A stretch of 64,000 nucleotides of DNA from an uncultured delta proteobacterium. GTDB lineage: Bacteria > Desulfobacterota > Syntrophia > Syntrophales > UBA5619. Shown here piece by piece: positions 18,059-27,457 of this stretch (positions are counted from its first letter, which is position 1; the number at the start of each line of letters is the position of its first letter). The stretch spans positions 128,001-192,000 of the forward strand of contig CAWFOM010000005.1 of NCBI GenBank assembly GCA_963817385.1. Direction: 5' to 3'. The notes below the pieces were generated by a model, which was given only the letters and a program-made list of their open reading frames with translations, was not told the origin of the DNA and ran no database searches. A program made the position numbers and the translations under genes.

Positions 18059-19042
18059 ATGAACAGAACGCGTATTCAATGCTTGTCCGTCGGTTTGGTA
18101 TTATCGCTCGGCCTATTCCTGACGCAGGCCCAGGCGGCCGACAAACCGAAAGATTATCCCAACAAGCCCGTTACGATTCAGATCGGTTTTGGCGCAGGCG
18201 GGAGCAGCGACGTGGGGGTGCGCATTCTGGCCGATTCCCTCAAGAAGATCATCGGGCAGCCCGTCCTGGCGGAGAACAAGCCGGGCGCAGGCGGCCAGGT
18301 GATGTGGACCGATTTCAAGAACAACGCCAAGCCCGACGGCTACACGCTGGCGCTGGTCAACATCCCGCAACTGCAGACCGTCGTCTTCGACCCGGTGCGC
18401 AAGCCCCTCTTCACCATGAAGGACTTCCAGCCCGTAGCAAACCATGTGCAGGACCCGGGCGCCATCTTGGTCAGGAAGGAGAGTCCCTACAAAACACTGG
18501 AGGACCTGCTCAACGACGCGAAGGCGAGGCCGGGCCAGGTGAAGGTCTCCACCACGGGGATCGGGAGCGACGACCACCTGGCGGTGCTGGACGTCGAGCG
18601 CCGGGCAAACGTCAAATTCAACACCATCCATCTGCAGGACACCCCGACTGCCCTTACACGGGTCCTGGGCGGCCACACCGATGCGAATTTCGACAATGTC
18701 GGCGGATTCCTGCCGTCGGTGAAGTCCGGCCTGGCAAGGATCCTGGCGGTGATGATGGAGCAGCGGTACCCGGATCTTCCGGATGTCCCGACGTTCAAGG
18801 AGCGGGGTTTCGACCTCATCTCCTCCTCGACCCGCGGGTACGTGTTCCCGGCCGGAACCCCGATGGAGATCGTGAGATACATGGAGCAGTCCATCAAGAA
18901 GGCGATGGATGATCCGGATCACAAAGCACGGATGGAGCAGGCGGGACTTACCTTGAAGTTCATGGGCGTTGAGGAGTTCGGCAAGTTCCTTGAAAGCCAG
19001 AACGACCGCGCGAAGCAACTGATCGGCATGTACCGTAAATGA
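18059..19042 (+). CDS. tctC: Tripartite tricarboxylate transporter substrate-binding protein
   Basis: YPNKPVT, GAGGSSD, ENKPGAGG, PDGYTL, PDVPT motifs. Confidence 0.92.
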   Translation: MNRTRIQCLSVGLVLSLGLFLTQAQAADKPKDYPNKPVTIQIGFGAGGSSDVGVRILADSLKKIIGQPVLAENKPGAGGQVMWTDFKNNAKPDGYTLALVNIPQLQTVVFDPVRKPLFTMKDFQPVANHVQDPGAILVRKESPYKTLEDLLNDAKARPGQVKVSTTGIGSDDHLAVLDVERRANVKFNTIHLQDTPTALTRVLGGHTDANFDNVGGFLPSVKSGLARILAVMMEQRYPDLPDVPTFKERGFDLISSSTRGYVFPAGTPMEIVRYMEQSIKKAMDDPDHKARMEQAGLTLKFMGVEEFGKFLESQNDRAKQLIGMYRK

Positions 19043-19500
19043 GCCGTGTCAACACCATCGTCTGGGGACTGCTGGCCGCCTTCGGGGCCTTCATCGTTCA
19101 TGAGTCCCTGGACCACAGCTACTATGGGAGCGATTTCGGCCCGGGGCCGGGATTCTTTTCCTTCTGGCTGGGGATCCTGTTGATCGTCTTGTCCATTTTC
19201 CAGATCGTCATGACCACCCGCCGTCCGGCGGAACCTCTGCCGGACGGTTTCATCCCGGATCGGGAAGGCGTCAAGCGCATGCTGAGCATCATGGCTGCGC
19301 TCACGGCATCGCTATTCCTGATGAATTATCTGGGCTTCAGCCTGACCATGATGGGATTCTGCGTCTTTCTGCTGCGCAGACTGGGGCGACAGTCCTGGTT
19401 GCTGACCCTCATTCTCTCGGCCGCGGCGAGCTTCGGCACGGCATACCTCTTCGCGCTATTGCAGGTGATGCTGCCGAAGGGATTTTTCGGGTTTATGTAA
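19039..19500 (+). CDS. tctB: TTT small membrane subunit
   Basis: GPGPGFF, four TM segments, LQVMLPKG. Confidence 0.88.
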   Translation: MSRVNTIVWGLLAAFGAFIVHESLDHSYYGSDFGPGPGFFSFWLGILLIVLSIFQIVMTTRRPAEPLPDGFIPDREGVKRMLSIMAALTASLFLMNYLGFSLTMMGFCVFLLRRLGRQSWLLTLILSAAASFGTAYLFALLQVMLPKGFFGFM

Positions 19501-19513
19501 GAGAGGAGAGCGC

Positions 19514-21025
19514 GTGGAGGCATTTCACCATCTGCTGACGGGGTTCGTGACGGCGATGTCACCCATGAACCTCTTGTTTGCCACCCTCGGCTGTGTTCTG
19601 GGAACGTTGATCGGTGTCCTTCCGGGATTGGGGCCCGCTGCCGGAACGGCGCTCCTCATTCCCCTTACCTTCAAGCTGGATCCCACCGCCGCCATCATCA
19701 TGCTCTCGGCCATCTACTACGGGGCGATGTATGGGGGGACCATCACCTCGGTCCTCATCAACGTCCCGGGTGAGGCGGCGAGCGTCGTGACCTGCCTCGA
19801 CGGCTACGAGATGGCCAAGCAGGGACGGGCCGGTGCAGCCCTGGGGATTGCGGCCATCGGGTCGTTCTTCGGGGGAACGGTGGCAACCTTCGGGCTCGTC
19901 CTCGTGGCGCTCCCGTTGACCCGCTTCGCCCTGAAGTTCGGTCCTACGGAATACTTTTCGCTCCTTCTCGTCGGACTCTCCCTGGTCATGGGCCTGGCCG
20001 GAAAGTCGCTGGCCAAGGCCCTGGTTATGGGGGTCCTGGGCCTCATCTTCTCATTCGTGGGGGTGGACCCCATCGAGGGGGCGCCGCGCTTCACCTTCGG
20101 CATCGCGCCCCTCATGGACGGGATCCGTTTCGTCCCGGTGGTCATGGGCTTTTTCGGCATCGGCGAGATCCTGATCAACGCGGAAAAATCCCTCGTCAGC
20201 GTGATGGCGGAGGGGGGGAAGGTTTCGTCCTTTTTCCCGCGACGGGACGAATGGCGGATCTCGGTCACCTCGATCATTCGCGGTACGGGACTCGGGTTTT
20301 TCCTGGGCTTGATTCCCGGTACGAATTCCGCCGTCGCCTCGTTCATGTCATACGCCATCGAGCGGAAGGTCTCGAACCACCCGGATAAGTTCGGCACGGG
20401 CGTAATCGAGGGGGTGGCGGCGCCGGAGACGGCCAACAACGCCTATGCGAATGCCGCCCTCATCCCGCTCTTCACCCTGGGGCTCCCCGGGTCGCCGACG
20501 ATCGCCATATTGATGGGGGCGCTCATCATGAACGGGCTGACACCCGGGCCGCTCCTCTTCTCGCAGCACGCCACCTTCGTCTGGGCGGTGATCGCCAGCC
20601 TCTACATCGGCAATGTCATCCTGCTGGTCCTGAATCTGCCGCTCGTCGGCTGGTGGGCGAAGCTGCTCAAGATCCCCTACAATATCCTGATGGTGTTCAT
20701 CCTGGTCTTCTGCATCATCGGGGCCTACAGCCTCAACAACAGCCTGTTCGACGTCGGGATGATGATTATCTGCGGCCTGCTGGGGTATCTCTTCAAGAAG
20801 CTCGACTTCCCCCTGGCCCCGGCGATTCTCACGCTGATCCTGGGCCCCCTGATGGAGCGGAGCCTGCGCGAATCCCTGTCGAGCTCGCAGGGCGACTACA
20901 CCATTTTTTTCACCCGCCCGATCTCCTTGTTCTTCCTTGTACTGGCAGCGATCATCCTGGCCACGTCCGCCTGGCAGGCCTGGCCGTCGGCCATACGCGA
21001 GGAGAGCAAAGAGGCACAAGTATAA
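19514..21025 (+). CDS. tctA: TTT large permease subunit
   Basis: GVLPGLG, YYGAMYGG, DGYEMA, APETANNA motifs. Confidence 0.93.
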   Translation: MEAFHHLLTGFVTAMSPMNLLFATLGCVLGTLIGVLPGLGPAAGTALLIPLTFKLDPTAAIIMLSAIYYGAMYGGTITSVLINVPGEAASVVTCLDGYEMAKQGRAGAALGIAAIGSFFGGTVATFGLVLVALPLTRFALKFGPTEYFSLLLVGLSLVMGLAGKSLAKALVMGVLGLIFSFVGVDPIEGAPRFTFGIAPLMDGIRFVPVVMGFFGIGEILINAEKSLVSVMAEGGKVSSFFPRRDEWRISVTSIIRGTGLGFFLGLIPGTNSAVASFMSYAIERKVSNHPDKFGTGVIEGVAAPETANNAYANAALIPLFTLGLPGSPTIAILMGALIMNGLTPGPLLFSQHATFVWAVIASLYIGNVILLVLNLPLVGWWAKLLKIPYNILMVFILVFCIIGAYSLNNSLFDVGMMIICGLLGYLFKKLDFPLAPAILTLILGPLMERSLRESLSSSQGDYTIFFTRPISLFFLVLAAIILATSAWQAWPSAIREESKEAQV

Positions 21026-21068
21026 CAAGGGACCAAAAGTGTAAGCTCGCGGGGCCCGCAATTCCGTC

Positions 21069-21110
21069 TTGACAAGCGGTCTCGTACTAATATATCACAT
21101 ATCACATATC
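21069..21110 (+). promoter_or_regulatory. Promoter with putative operator upstream of the second tct operon
   Basis: TTGACA followed by ATATATCACATATCACATATC, the reverse complement of the motif at 17808. Confidence 0.6.
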
Positions 21111-21135
21111 AACCCACAAACCCAGGAGGTGAACC

Positions 21136-22191
21136 ATGCAATCGATCAGTCGTCCCCATGTATCGCTTTTCGCCACACGAAAACCGGAGAATAGCGCCGG
21201 TATGCGGACACGAACCGGCATCCCGCAGGGTCTGCGGCGCCGGCCCGGCCGGTACGGTTGGATTCTGGCCCTGGCCTGCACGATTCTCATCGGCGTCCTG
21301 CCGGCCGGGGCGCAGGATTGGCCGACCAAACCCATCGAGGTGGTGGTCGGATACGCCCCCGGGGGCGGAACCGACATGGTGGCCCGCGCCATCGCCGACG
21401 TAGCGGCGAAGTACCTGGGCCAGCCCCTGGTCGTCAACAACAAGCCCGGGGCCACCGGGATCATCGGCTCGCAGTACGTCTACAGCTCGAAGCCCGACGG
21501 CTATACGCTCGTCGTGGCGGGGGGGAGCGAGACGGTCTCCGTGCCCCACTTCAAGAGCCTGCCGTTCAACCCCATCACCGATTTTGATCCCGTCATCCGT
21601 CTCATGGTGGAGCGGATCGGATTCTATGTGAGGACCGACAGCCCGTGGAAGACCATGAAAGACTTCATCGCGGATGCAAAGCAGAATCCCGAGAAGTACA
21701 GCTATGCCACCGCGGGCCTCGGCGGTATGCACCATTCCACCATGCTGGTGACGGAAAAGCGGACGGGAATCAAACTGACCCACGTGCCGCACAAGGGGGG
21801 CGCGGAAACGCTGACCGCCCTGGCCGGCGGCCATGTGAACGTGGCGATGGCCTCGCCCAACGAGGCCTACGCCCTGGTGCAGGGGGGCCGGGTGCGCTGC
21901 CTGGCCATTTCGGCTCTGGAGCGCTCGCCGACTGAGCCGAACGCGCCGACGATGCGGGAGCTCGGCTATGACGTCTATATCGACAACCAGAAGGGATTCG
22001 TCTACCCGAAAGGCGTGCCCCAGCCGATCCGGCAGAAGTTCCACGACGCCGTGAAGAAGGCCTACGACGATCCGCAGTTCAGGGCCAGCGCCGACAAGCT
22101 GAAGCTCGAGTTGTCCTACTTGAACGGGGAGGATTTCCGCAAGGCCCTGAAGAGCATGTACGACCAGATCGGCGAGTCGGTAAAGAAGTAG
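21136..22191 (+). CDS. tctC: TTT substrate-binding protein (start uncertain)
   Basis: WPTKPIE, PGGGTD, NKPGATG, PHKGG motifs. Confidence 0.9.
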   Translation: MQSISRPHVSLFATRKPENSAGMRTRTGIPQGLRRRPGRYGWILALACTILIGVLPAGAQDWPTKPIEVVVGYAPGGGTDMVARAIADVAAKYLGQPLVVNNKPGATGIIGSQYVYSSKPDGYTLVVAGGSETVSVPHFKSLPFNPITDFDPVIRLMVERIGFYVRTDSPWKTMKDFIADAKQNPEKYSYATAGLGGMHHSTMLVTEKRTGIKLTHVPHKGGAETLTALAGGHVNVAMASPNEAYALVQGGRVRCLAISALERSPTEPNAPTMRELGYDVYIDNQKGFVYPKGVPQPIRQKFHDAVKKAYDDPQFRASADKLKLELSYLNGEDFRKALKSMYDQIGESVKK

Positions 22192-22193
22192 CC

Positions 22194-22330
22194 TTGATGA
22201 ACCATAAAAAGTCTCCCCAAGCCGTCATACCGGCGAAAGCCGGTATCCAGAAATATTGGGGAACACTGGATTCCGTGTCAAGCACGGAATGACGAAACAG
22301 GGGGGAATCGACTTTTTCCGAAGCTGTCAA
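22194..22330. repeat. Composite palindromic REP-like element
   Basis: Inner inverted pair CGTCATACCGGCGAAAGCCGGTATCCAG ... CTGGATTCCGTGTCAAGCACGGAATGACG (22223-22294) inside outer arms TTGATGAACCATAAAAAGTC and GACTTTTTCCGAAGCTGTCAA. Confidence 0.85.
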
Positions 22331-22359
22331 CCTTGAACGCATTCGGGGAAGCAAACCGT

Positions 22360-22809
22360 ATGAACGTGGATCGATTTCTCGGCGTAGGGGCCGTCCTCCT
22401 GGCGATACCGGTTGCCGTCGCCTCCTGGGGATATGGGGTGGGAAGCCCCAAATCCCCGGGAGCGGGCTTCTGGCCGCTCGTCATCGCTGCGGTGATGGCG
22501 GGCCTGGGTCTCACGCTCATCCTGCGTCCGACGCCGAATGCCGGGGGAGAGGCCGGGAAGTCGCGCTGGGGAAAATTCGGCATCTCCCTCGGGACGTTAT
22601 TATTCTATGTAGCCGCGCTCGAGCCGCTCGGATACCTGCCGGCAACAGCCGTCATGCTTTTTGTGCAGTTTCGCTGGGTGGAGAGCCGCTCCTGGCGCTC
22701 GAGCATCGCCATCGCGCTCACGGCGGCGGTCGTATCGCTCATCCTTTTCCGGGTCCTGCTGAAGGTTTCTCTTCCCACCGGCGTGATCCCGCTGCCCCCG
22801 GGCTGGTAA
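22360..22809 (+). CDS. tctB: TTT small membrane subunit
   Basis: PGAGFWP, LEPLGY, LKVSLPTG motifs. Confidence 0.88.
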   Translation: MNVDRFLGVGAVLLAIPVAVASWGYGVGSPKSPGAGFWPLVIAAVMAGLGLTLILRPTPNAGGEAGKSRWGKFGISLGTLLFYVAALEPLGYLPATAVMLFVQFRWVESRSWRSSIAIALTAAVVSLILFRVLLKVSLPTGVIPLPPGW

Positions 22810-22828
22810 AACCGGCCTCTCGTAAGGA

Positions 22829-24352
22829 GTGACTTTGGATACTATCGGCGCCCTGTTCCACGGATTTGCCATCGCCCTGACGCCTGGAAATCTCCTGGCC
22901 GTCCTCGCGGGTGCCTTTATCGGTACGGTGATCGGCGTCCTGCCGGGCCTCGGGCCCACGGCGACCCTGGCGCTCCTGCTGCCGATCACCATCGGCATGG
23001 ATATGGTCACCGCGCTCATCATGATGTCCGGGATCTACTACGGTGCAATGTACGGGGGCTCGACAACCTCCATCCTCGTCAATATCCCCGGCGAGGCCGC
23101 CTCCGTCGTCACCTGCATCGACGGCTATCAGATGGCCCGGCAGGGCCGGGCGGGGCCGGCGCTCGGGATGTCGGCCTTCGGTTCGTTCATCGGCGGCACC
23201 GTCAGCGTGGTGGCGGTGATGCTGATCTCCCCCTTTCTGGCGGAAACCGCCCTGAAGTTCGGGGCGCCGGAGATGTTCGCCCTGCTCTTCTTCGCCTTCA
23301 TCTGTATCGGCGGGCTGACCGGGCGCTCCCGGGCGCAGGGTCTCCTCATGGCGACCGTCGGGCTCCTGTTGGGGGCGGTCGGCACCGACGACATCCAGGG
23401 GGTGGACCGCTTCACCTTCGGCCAGCTTTACCTCCAGGACGGCATCGGCCTCGTGCCGCTGGCCATGGGGATCTTCGGCCTCGGCGAGATCCTCTTCAAT
23501 ATCGAAAAACGGGCTGCACAGGGATCGATCCTCGAAACCCCGAAGAGCCTCCTGCCGACGGCCGAGGACTGGAAGAGATCGACGCTGCCCATCGCGCGGG
23601 GGAGCCTCCTCGGCTTCCTCATCGGGATCATCCCGGGCGGGATGCCGGCGGTGGCCTCGCTCATGAGTTACGCAGTGGAAAAGCGGGTTTCCCGGCGCCC
23701 GGAGGAATTCGGGCACGGGGCGATCGAAGGGGTGGCCGGCCCCGAGACGGCGAACAACGCCGCCACGGCCGGGGGATTCGTGCCGCTCCTCACGCTCGGC
23801 ATTCCCACCAACAGCGTGCTGGCCCTCATGCTTGCGGCGATGATGCTCCACGGGGTCACCCCGGGGCCGCTCCTGCTCCTGAAGTGGCCGGACGTCTTCT
23901 GGGGGGTGATCGCCAGCATGTATATCGGCAACATCATGCTTCTGGTCCTCAACGTGCCGATGATCGGGCTCTTCGTCCAGATCCTCAAGGTGCCCTACGG
24001 GATACTCTCGCCGCTCATCATCATGTTCATCATGCTGGGCGCGTATGCCCTGAAAAACAGCGTGAGCGACGTCCTGGCCACGATCGTATTCGGCCTGATG
24101 GGATACCTGATGAAGCGCTTCGGCGTCGAGCCCGCTCCGCTGATCCTGGCCTTCGTCCTGGGTCCGATGCTGGAGAACAACCTGAGCAAGTCGCTCATCA
24201 TGTCCCATACCGGCAGCCCGCTCTTCTTCTTTTCGCGGCCCATTTCGGGGGTCCTCCTATCGCTTGCCATCCTGGTCCTGATCTATCCCCTGGTCCGATG
24301 GGCCTGGCGGCGATGGACGCGGGGGGCTTCTGTTTCCGGCATGTCCGGGTAA
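22829..24352 (+). CDS. tctA: TTT large permease subunit
   Basis: GVLPGLGP, YYGAMYGG, GPETANNA motifs. Confidence 0.93.
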   Translation: MTLDTIGALFHGFAIALTPGNLLAVLAGAFIGTVIGVLPGLGPTATLALLLPITIGMDMVTALIMMSGIYYGAMYGGSTTSILVNIPGEAASVVTCIDGYQMARQGRAGPALGMSAFGSFIGGTVSVVAVMLISPFLAETALKFGAPEMFALLFFAFICIGGLTGRSRAQGLLMATVGLLLGAVGTDDIQGVDRFTFGQLYLQDGIGLVPLAMGIFGLGEILFNIEKRAAQGSILETPKSLLPTAEDWKRSTLPIARGSLLGFLIGIIPGGMPAVASLMSYAVEKRVSRRPEEFGHGAIEGVAGPETANNAATAGGFVPLLTLGIPTNSVLALMLAAMMLHGVTPGPLLLLKWPDVFWGVIASMYIGNIMLLVLNVPMIGLFVQILKVPYGILSPLIIMFIMLGAYALKNSVSDVLATIVFGLMGYLMKRFGVEPAPLILAFVLGPMLENNLSKSLIMSHTGSPLFFFSRPISGVLLSLAILVLIYPLVRWAWRRWTRGASVSGMSG

Positions 24353-24363
24353 AGGAATAGCGT

Positions 24364-25053
24364 ATGCCTCGACAAAATCTGCAGTTGGGGAAATTGCTTC
24401 CCGCGCCGTCCCTGAAAGAGATGGCCCTGGCAACCATCAAGGAGGCCCTGCTCGCCCGGAAGCTGGAACGGGACGTGATGTATACCGAAGCGGCGCTCAC
24501 GGATGAAATGGGGATCTCGCGGACCCCCGTGCGGGAGGCCCTGATCCACCTCGCCTCCCGGGGATTGATCACTTATTTCCCGCGCAAAGGTTTCAAGATC
24601 AAACTGCTCACGGAAAAGGACGTCCGGAATCTTTTCGAGCTGCGGCTTTCCCTGGAGCTGACCGTCATCCGCCACATCACCCCCGGCCTGACGAAAAAGG
24701 CCCTCGCCGAGATTGAGCGGGTCCGCGCCAAGTACGAAAAGATCGTGCAGAAGGATGATCCGATGGAATCGATCCACGCCAATATGGCGTTTCACGCCTG
24801 CCTGGCGGGCCTGACCGGCAACTCCTATCTCATCAGCGCCCTGGATGAGATCGGAGACCTGATCAATCTCGCCAGTGCCCGGAGCCTCGAAATCGACTCG
24901 CGAATCCATGAGGCCCTTGAAGAGCACGAGAGGATTGTTACCGAGCTTAAAAGACAGTCCCTGCGCGGAGCCTTGCGGGAGATGGAGGCCCACATCTGCA
25001 CGACCGAGGAGCGGGTGTTGGCCAGGATCCGGAATTCAAAAACCCGGCGGTAG
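24364..25053 (+). CDS. GntR-family (FCD) transcriptional regulator
   Basis: GISRTPVREAL wHTH; FH ... EH FCD pattern. Confidence 0.92.
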   Translation: MPRQNLQLGKLLPAPSLKEMALATIKEALLARKLERDVMYTEAALTDEMGISRTPVREALIHLASRGLITYFPRKGFKIKLLTEKDVRNLFELRLSLELTVIRHITPGLTKKALAEIERVRAKYEKIVQKDDPMESIHANMAFHACLAGLTGNSYLISALDEIGDLINLASARSLEIDSRIHEALEEHERIVTELKRQSLRGALREMEAHICTTEERVLARIRNSKTRR

Positions 25054-25087
25054 ATATGTTATTAGTCTGGCAACTAAACATATGAAA

Positions 25088-25154
25088 TGTCATGCCGGAC
25101 CTGATCCGGCATCCAGTCCATTAATTCTGGATTCCGGCTTTCGCCGGAATGACA
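25088..25154. repeat. Palindromic REP-like element
   Basis: TGTCATGCCGGACCTGATCCGGCATCCAG ... CTGGATTCCGGCTTTCGCCGGAATGACA. Confidence 0.85.
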
Positions 25155-25198
25155 ACTTTTCATAAACTCAATAAACTGACGAAGAAAGGAAACAGAAG

Positions 25199-25993
25199 AT
25201 GGAATTCAAAAAGAACAGCTTAAGGGAAAAGATCCGCCGGGGCGAAGTGGCCCTGGGGACGGCACTCTATAGCTTCAGCCCGGCGCTCATCGAGCTGGCC
25301 GGGTATACGGGGCTCGATTTCTGCCGGATCGATAACGAGCACGCCTGGCGGCAGGACGAGAGCGCCGAAAACATGCTCCGGGGGGCGCTCCTGTCGGGGA
25401 TCTGCCCGCTCCTCCGGGTGGACCGGGACAACCCCTACCTGGTGCGGAAGGCCCTCGAAGCGGGGGCCGGCGGCGTGATCGTCCCCCATGTCCATGACCA
25501 GAAGGATGCCGAGGAGATCGTCCAGGCGGCCAAGTTTCCCCCCTTCGGCAAGCGGGGCTACGGCGGCCTCTGCCTTTCCGGGCAGTGGGGCGTCAACGGA
25601 GGAACCGAATGGATGGAGTGGAGCAACGCCGAAACCCTCGTCATCCCGATGATCGAGGATATCTCCACAATCCCCCATCTGGACGCGATCCTTGCGACCG
25701 AGGGGGTGGATGCAGTCCTTTTCGGCCCGGCCGATTTCAGCATCTCGGCCGGCGTCCCGCTCCAGACGGGGCACGAAAAGGTGATGAGCGGCCTCCGGAA
25801 GGCGGTCGAGGCGGCCGACAAGCACGGCAAGTTCGTCATCTATCCGGGGGCGGGATTCCCCCAGTGGGAAACGGTCCACAAGGCAAAGGAGCTCGGGGTC
25901 AAGGCGATCGAACTCGGCCACGACGTGACGATCCTCCGCGCGGTGTGGGCAAAGACGATCCAGGCGCTCAAAACGGGCCCAGGTGGCGCATAG
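25199..25993 (+). CDS. HpcH/HpaI aldolase family protein
   Basis: IDNEH, KFPPFGKRG, MIED, FGPADF motifs. Confidence 0.9.
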   Translation: MEFKKNSLREKIRRGEVALGTALYSFSPALIELAGYTGLDFCRIDNEHAWRQDESAENMLRGALLSGICPLLRVDRDNPYLVRKALEAGAGGVIVPHVHDQKDAEEIVQAAKFPPFGKRGYGGLCLSGQWGVNGGTEWMEWSNAETLVIPMIEDISTIPHLDAILATEGVDAVLFGPADFSISAGVPLQTGHEKVMSGLRKAVEAADKHGKFVIYPGAGFPQWETVHKAKELGVKAIELGHDVTILRAVWAKTIQALKTGPGGA

Positions 25994-26010
25994 CAGGAAA
26001 GGATATCACG

Positions 26011-27072
26011 ATGGAGAAGAAAGATACGCCGTTCATCCCGGTTGCGGTTCTGCGGGATTTCTCGGTACGGTCATTTCAGGCAAGCGGACTTTCCCCGGAG
26101 CACGCCGGATGGATCTCGGATACCCTGATCCAAACGGAGCTGCGCGGGGTCGGCTCCCACGGGATCATTCGCCTGCCCTTCTACTGTAAGCGGCTCCTCG
26201 ACGGGGGATCGAACACCAACCCGGACGTCCGGATCGTCGCCCAGAAACCCGCATCGATCCTGGTCGACGGGGACAACGGCCTCGGACAGATCGTGAGCAT
26301 CAAGGCGATGGAGATGGTGATCGAGCGGGCCCGGACCCAGGGGATCTGTTTTGCCGGGGTGCGAAACAGTTGCCATTTCGGGATGACCGCCTATTATCCG
26401 CTGATGGCCCTCAAAAGCGGGATGATCGGGCTCGCCGGCTGCAACACGGCCACCGTCATGGCCCCCTGGGGCGGGGGTAAATCCGCGATCGGGAACAACC
26501 CCCTGGCGATCACGGTTCCGACGAATAAACCCTATCCCCTCGTTCTCGACATGGCGATGAGCGTGGTCGCCGGGGGGAAGGTCCGCCTGGAGGCGGTCAA
26601 GGGGACGAAGATCCCCCTCGGCTGGATCCTCGACGAGAAGGGCCGCCCGACGGACAACCCGGCGGACATGTTCCCCAACGGGACGCTGCTGCCGATGGGC
26701 TACAAGGGTTTCGGAATGGCGATCATGATCGAGATCCTCTCGGGCGTCCTGAGCAGGGCGGCCACCCTGAGCGAGATCCCCCTCTGGTTCGACAAGACCA
26801 CCACCCCCACGAACCTGGGGCATTTCTTCATGGCGATCGACATCGGGACCTTCCTCGCGCCCGATTCATTCAAGGATCTGGTCGGCCGGCTGATCGACGA
26901 ACTGAAGGCCGCGCCGCTGATGGAGGGCTCGGCCGGGATCTTCATGCCCGGCGAGATCGAGTATCTGAAGGAGCAGGAGTACCGCCAAAGCGGCATCCCC
27001 GTCTCCCCGGAGGTCATGAAGACCCTGGACGCCTTTGCGGAGAAGGTCGGCATTGCCCCGGTTCCCCGGTGA
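26011..27072 (+). CDS. Ldh_2-family (malate/L-lactate/L-sulfolactate/ureidoglycolate type) dehydrogenase
   Basis: RGVGSHG, DGDNGLG, NSCHFG, GNNPLA, YKGFGM, MPGE motifs; ATG at 26011. Confidence 0.9.
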   Translation: MEKKDTPFIPVAVLRDFSVRSFQASGLSPEHAGWISDTLIQTELRGVGSHGIIRLPFYCKRLLDGGSNTNPDVRIVAQKPASILVDGDNGLGQIVSIKAMEMVIERARTQGICFAGVRNSCHFGMTAYYPLMALKSGMIGLAGCNTATVMAPWGGGKSAIGNNPLAITVPTNKPYPLVLDMAMSVVAGGKVRLEAVKGTKIPLGWILDEKGRPTDNPADMFPNGTLLPMGYKGFGMAIMIEILSGVLSRAATLSEIPLWFDKTTTPTNLGHFFMAIDIGTFLAPDSFKDLVGRLIDELKAAPLMEGSAGIFMPGEIEYLKEQEYRQSGIPVSPEVMKTLDAFAEKVGIAPVPR

Positions 27073-27087
27073 TTATTGTCCGTCTTT

Positions 27088-27125
27088 GCGCGCATTCCCC
27101 GCAACACGCCACGGGGAATGCGCGC
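27088..27125. terminator. Strong hairpin after the Ldh_2 gene
   Basis: 14-bp perfect stem GCGCGCATTCCCCG/CGGGGAATGCGCGC; no clear U-tract. Confidence 0.5.
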
Positions 27126-27240
27126 GCCGTGAATTCTCACAGATTCAACCGGCATACCATGCGGCGCCATCTGGGCCCGATCGACGACGACAATTTCAAT
27201 TCCTTTCCTCATTCGTGGAACAAGTGATGGCATGTTGCAT

Positions 27241-27330
27241 TGCTATGACAACGCTCCAAAGGGTAGCTTCTTGGGTGTGCTTAAGAGCGAACGGATCCGC
27301 CGCTACAGGTATGAGACCAGGCAAGAGGCA
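27241..27330 (+). pseudogene. IS3-family transposase remnant
   Basis: Translates as CYDNAPKGSFLGVLKSERIRRYRYETRQEA, matching the IS3 C(Y/W)DNAxxESFxxxLKxE region with the catalytic Glu lost. Confidence 0.75.
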
Positions 27331-27457
27331 ATGTATCGGGGCAGATGCTCTTCCAGGAGGGCGTTGGTTTGATTTCTGGTCCTGACCGCCACTGAATATC
27401 TTGTCACCTGACGTGGAACGAATTTACAGAGTGCCCATTTGTAGTGCTAAAAAAGCT

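Noticed and set aside
22739..24208. Long antisense ORFs over tct and other genes (also 58701-60188, 39425-40657, 36941-38161, 12471-13427)
   Set aside because: Each lies opposite a well-supported gene and has no family motif.
25585..26010. N-terminal extension of the Ldh_2 ORF (495-aa call)
   Set aside because: Overlaps the aldolase gene in another frame; RBS and ATG at 26011 fit the family length.
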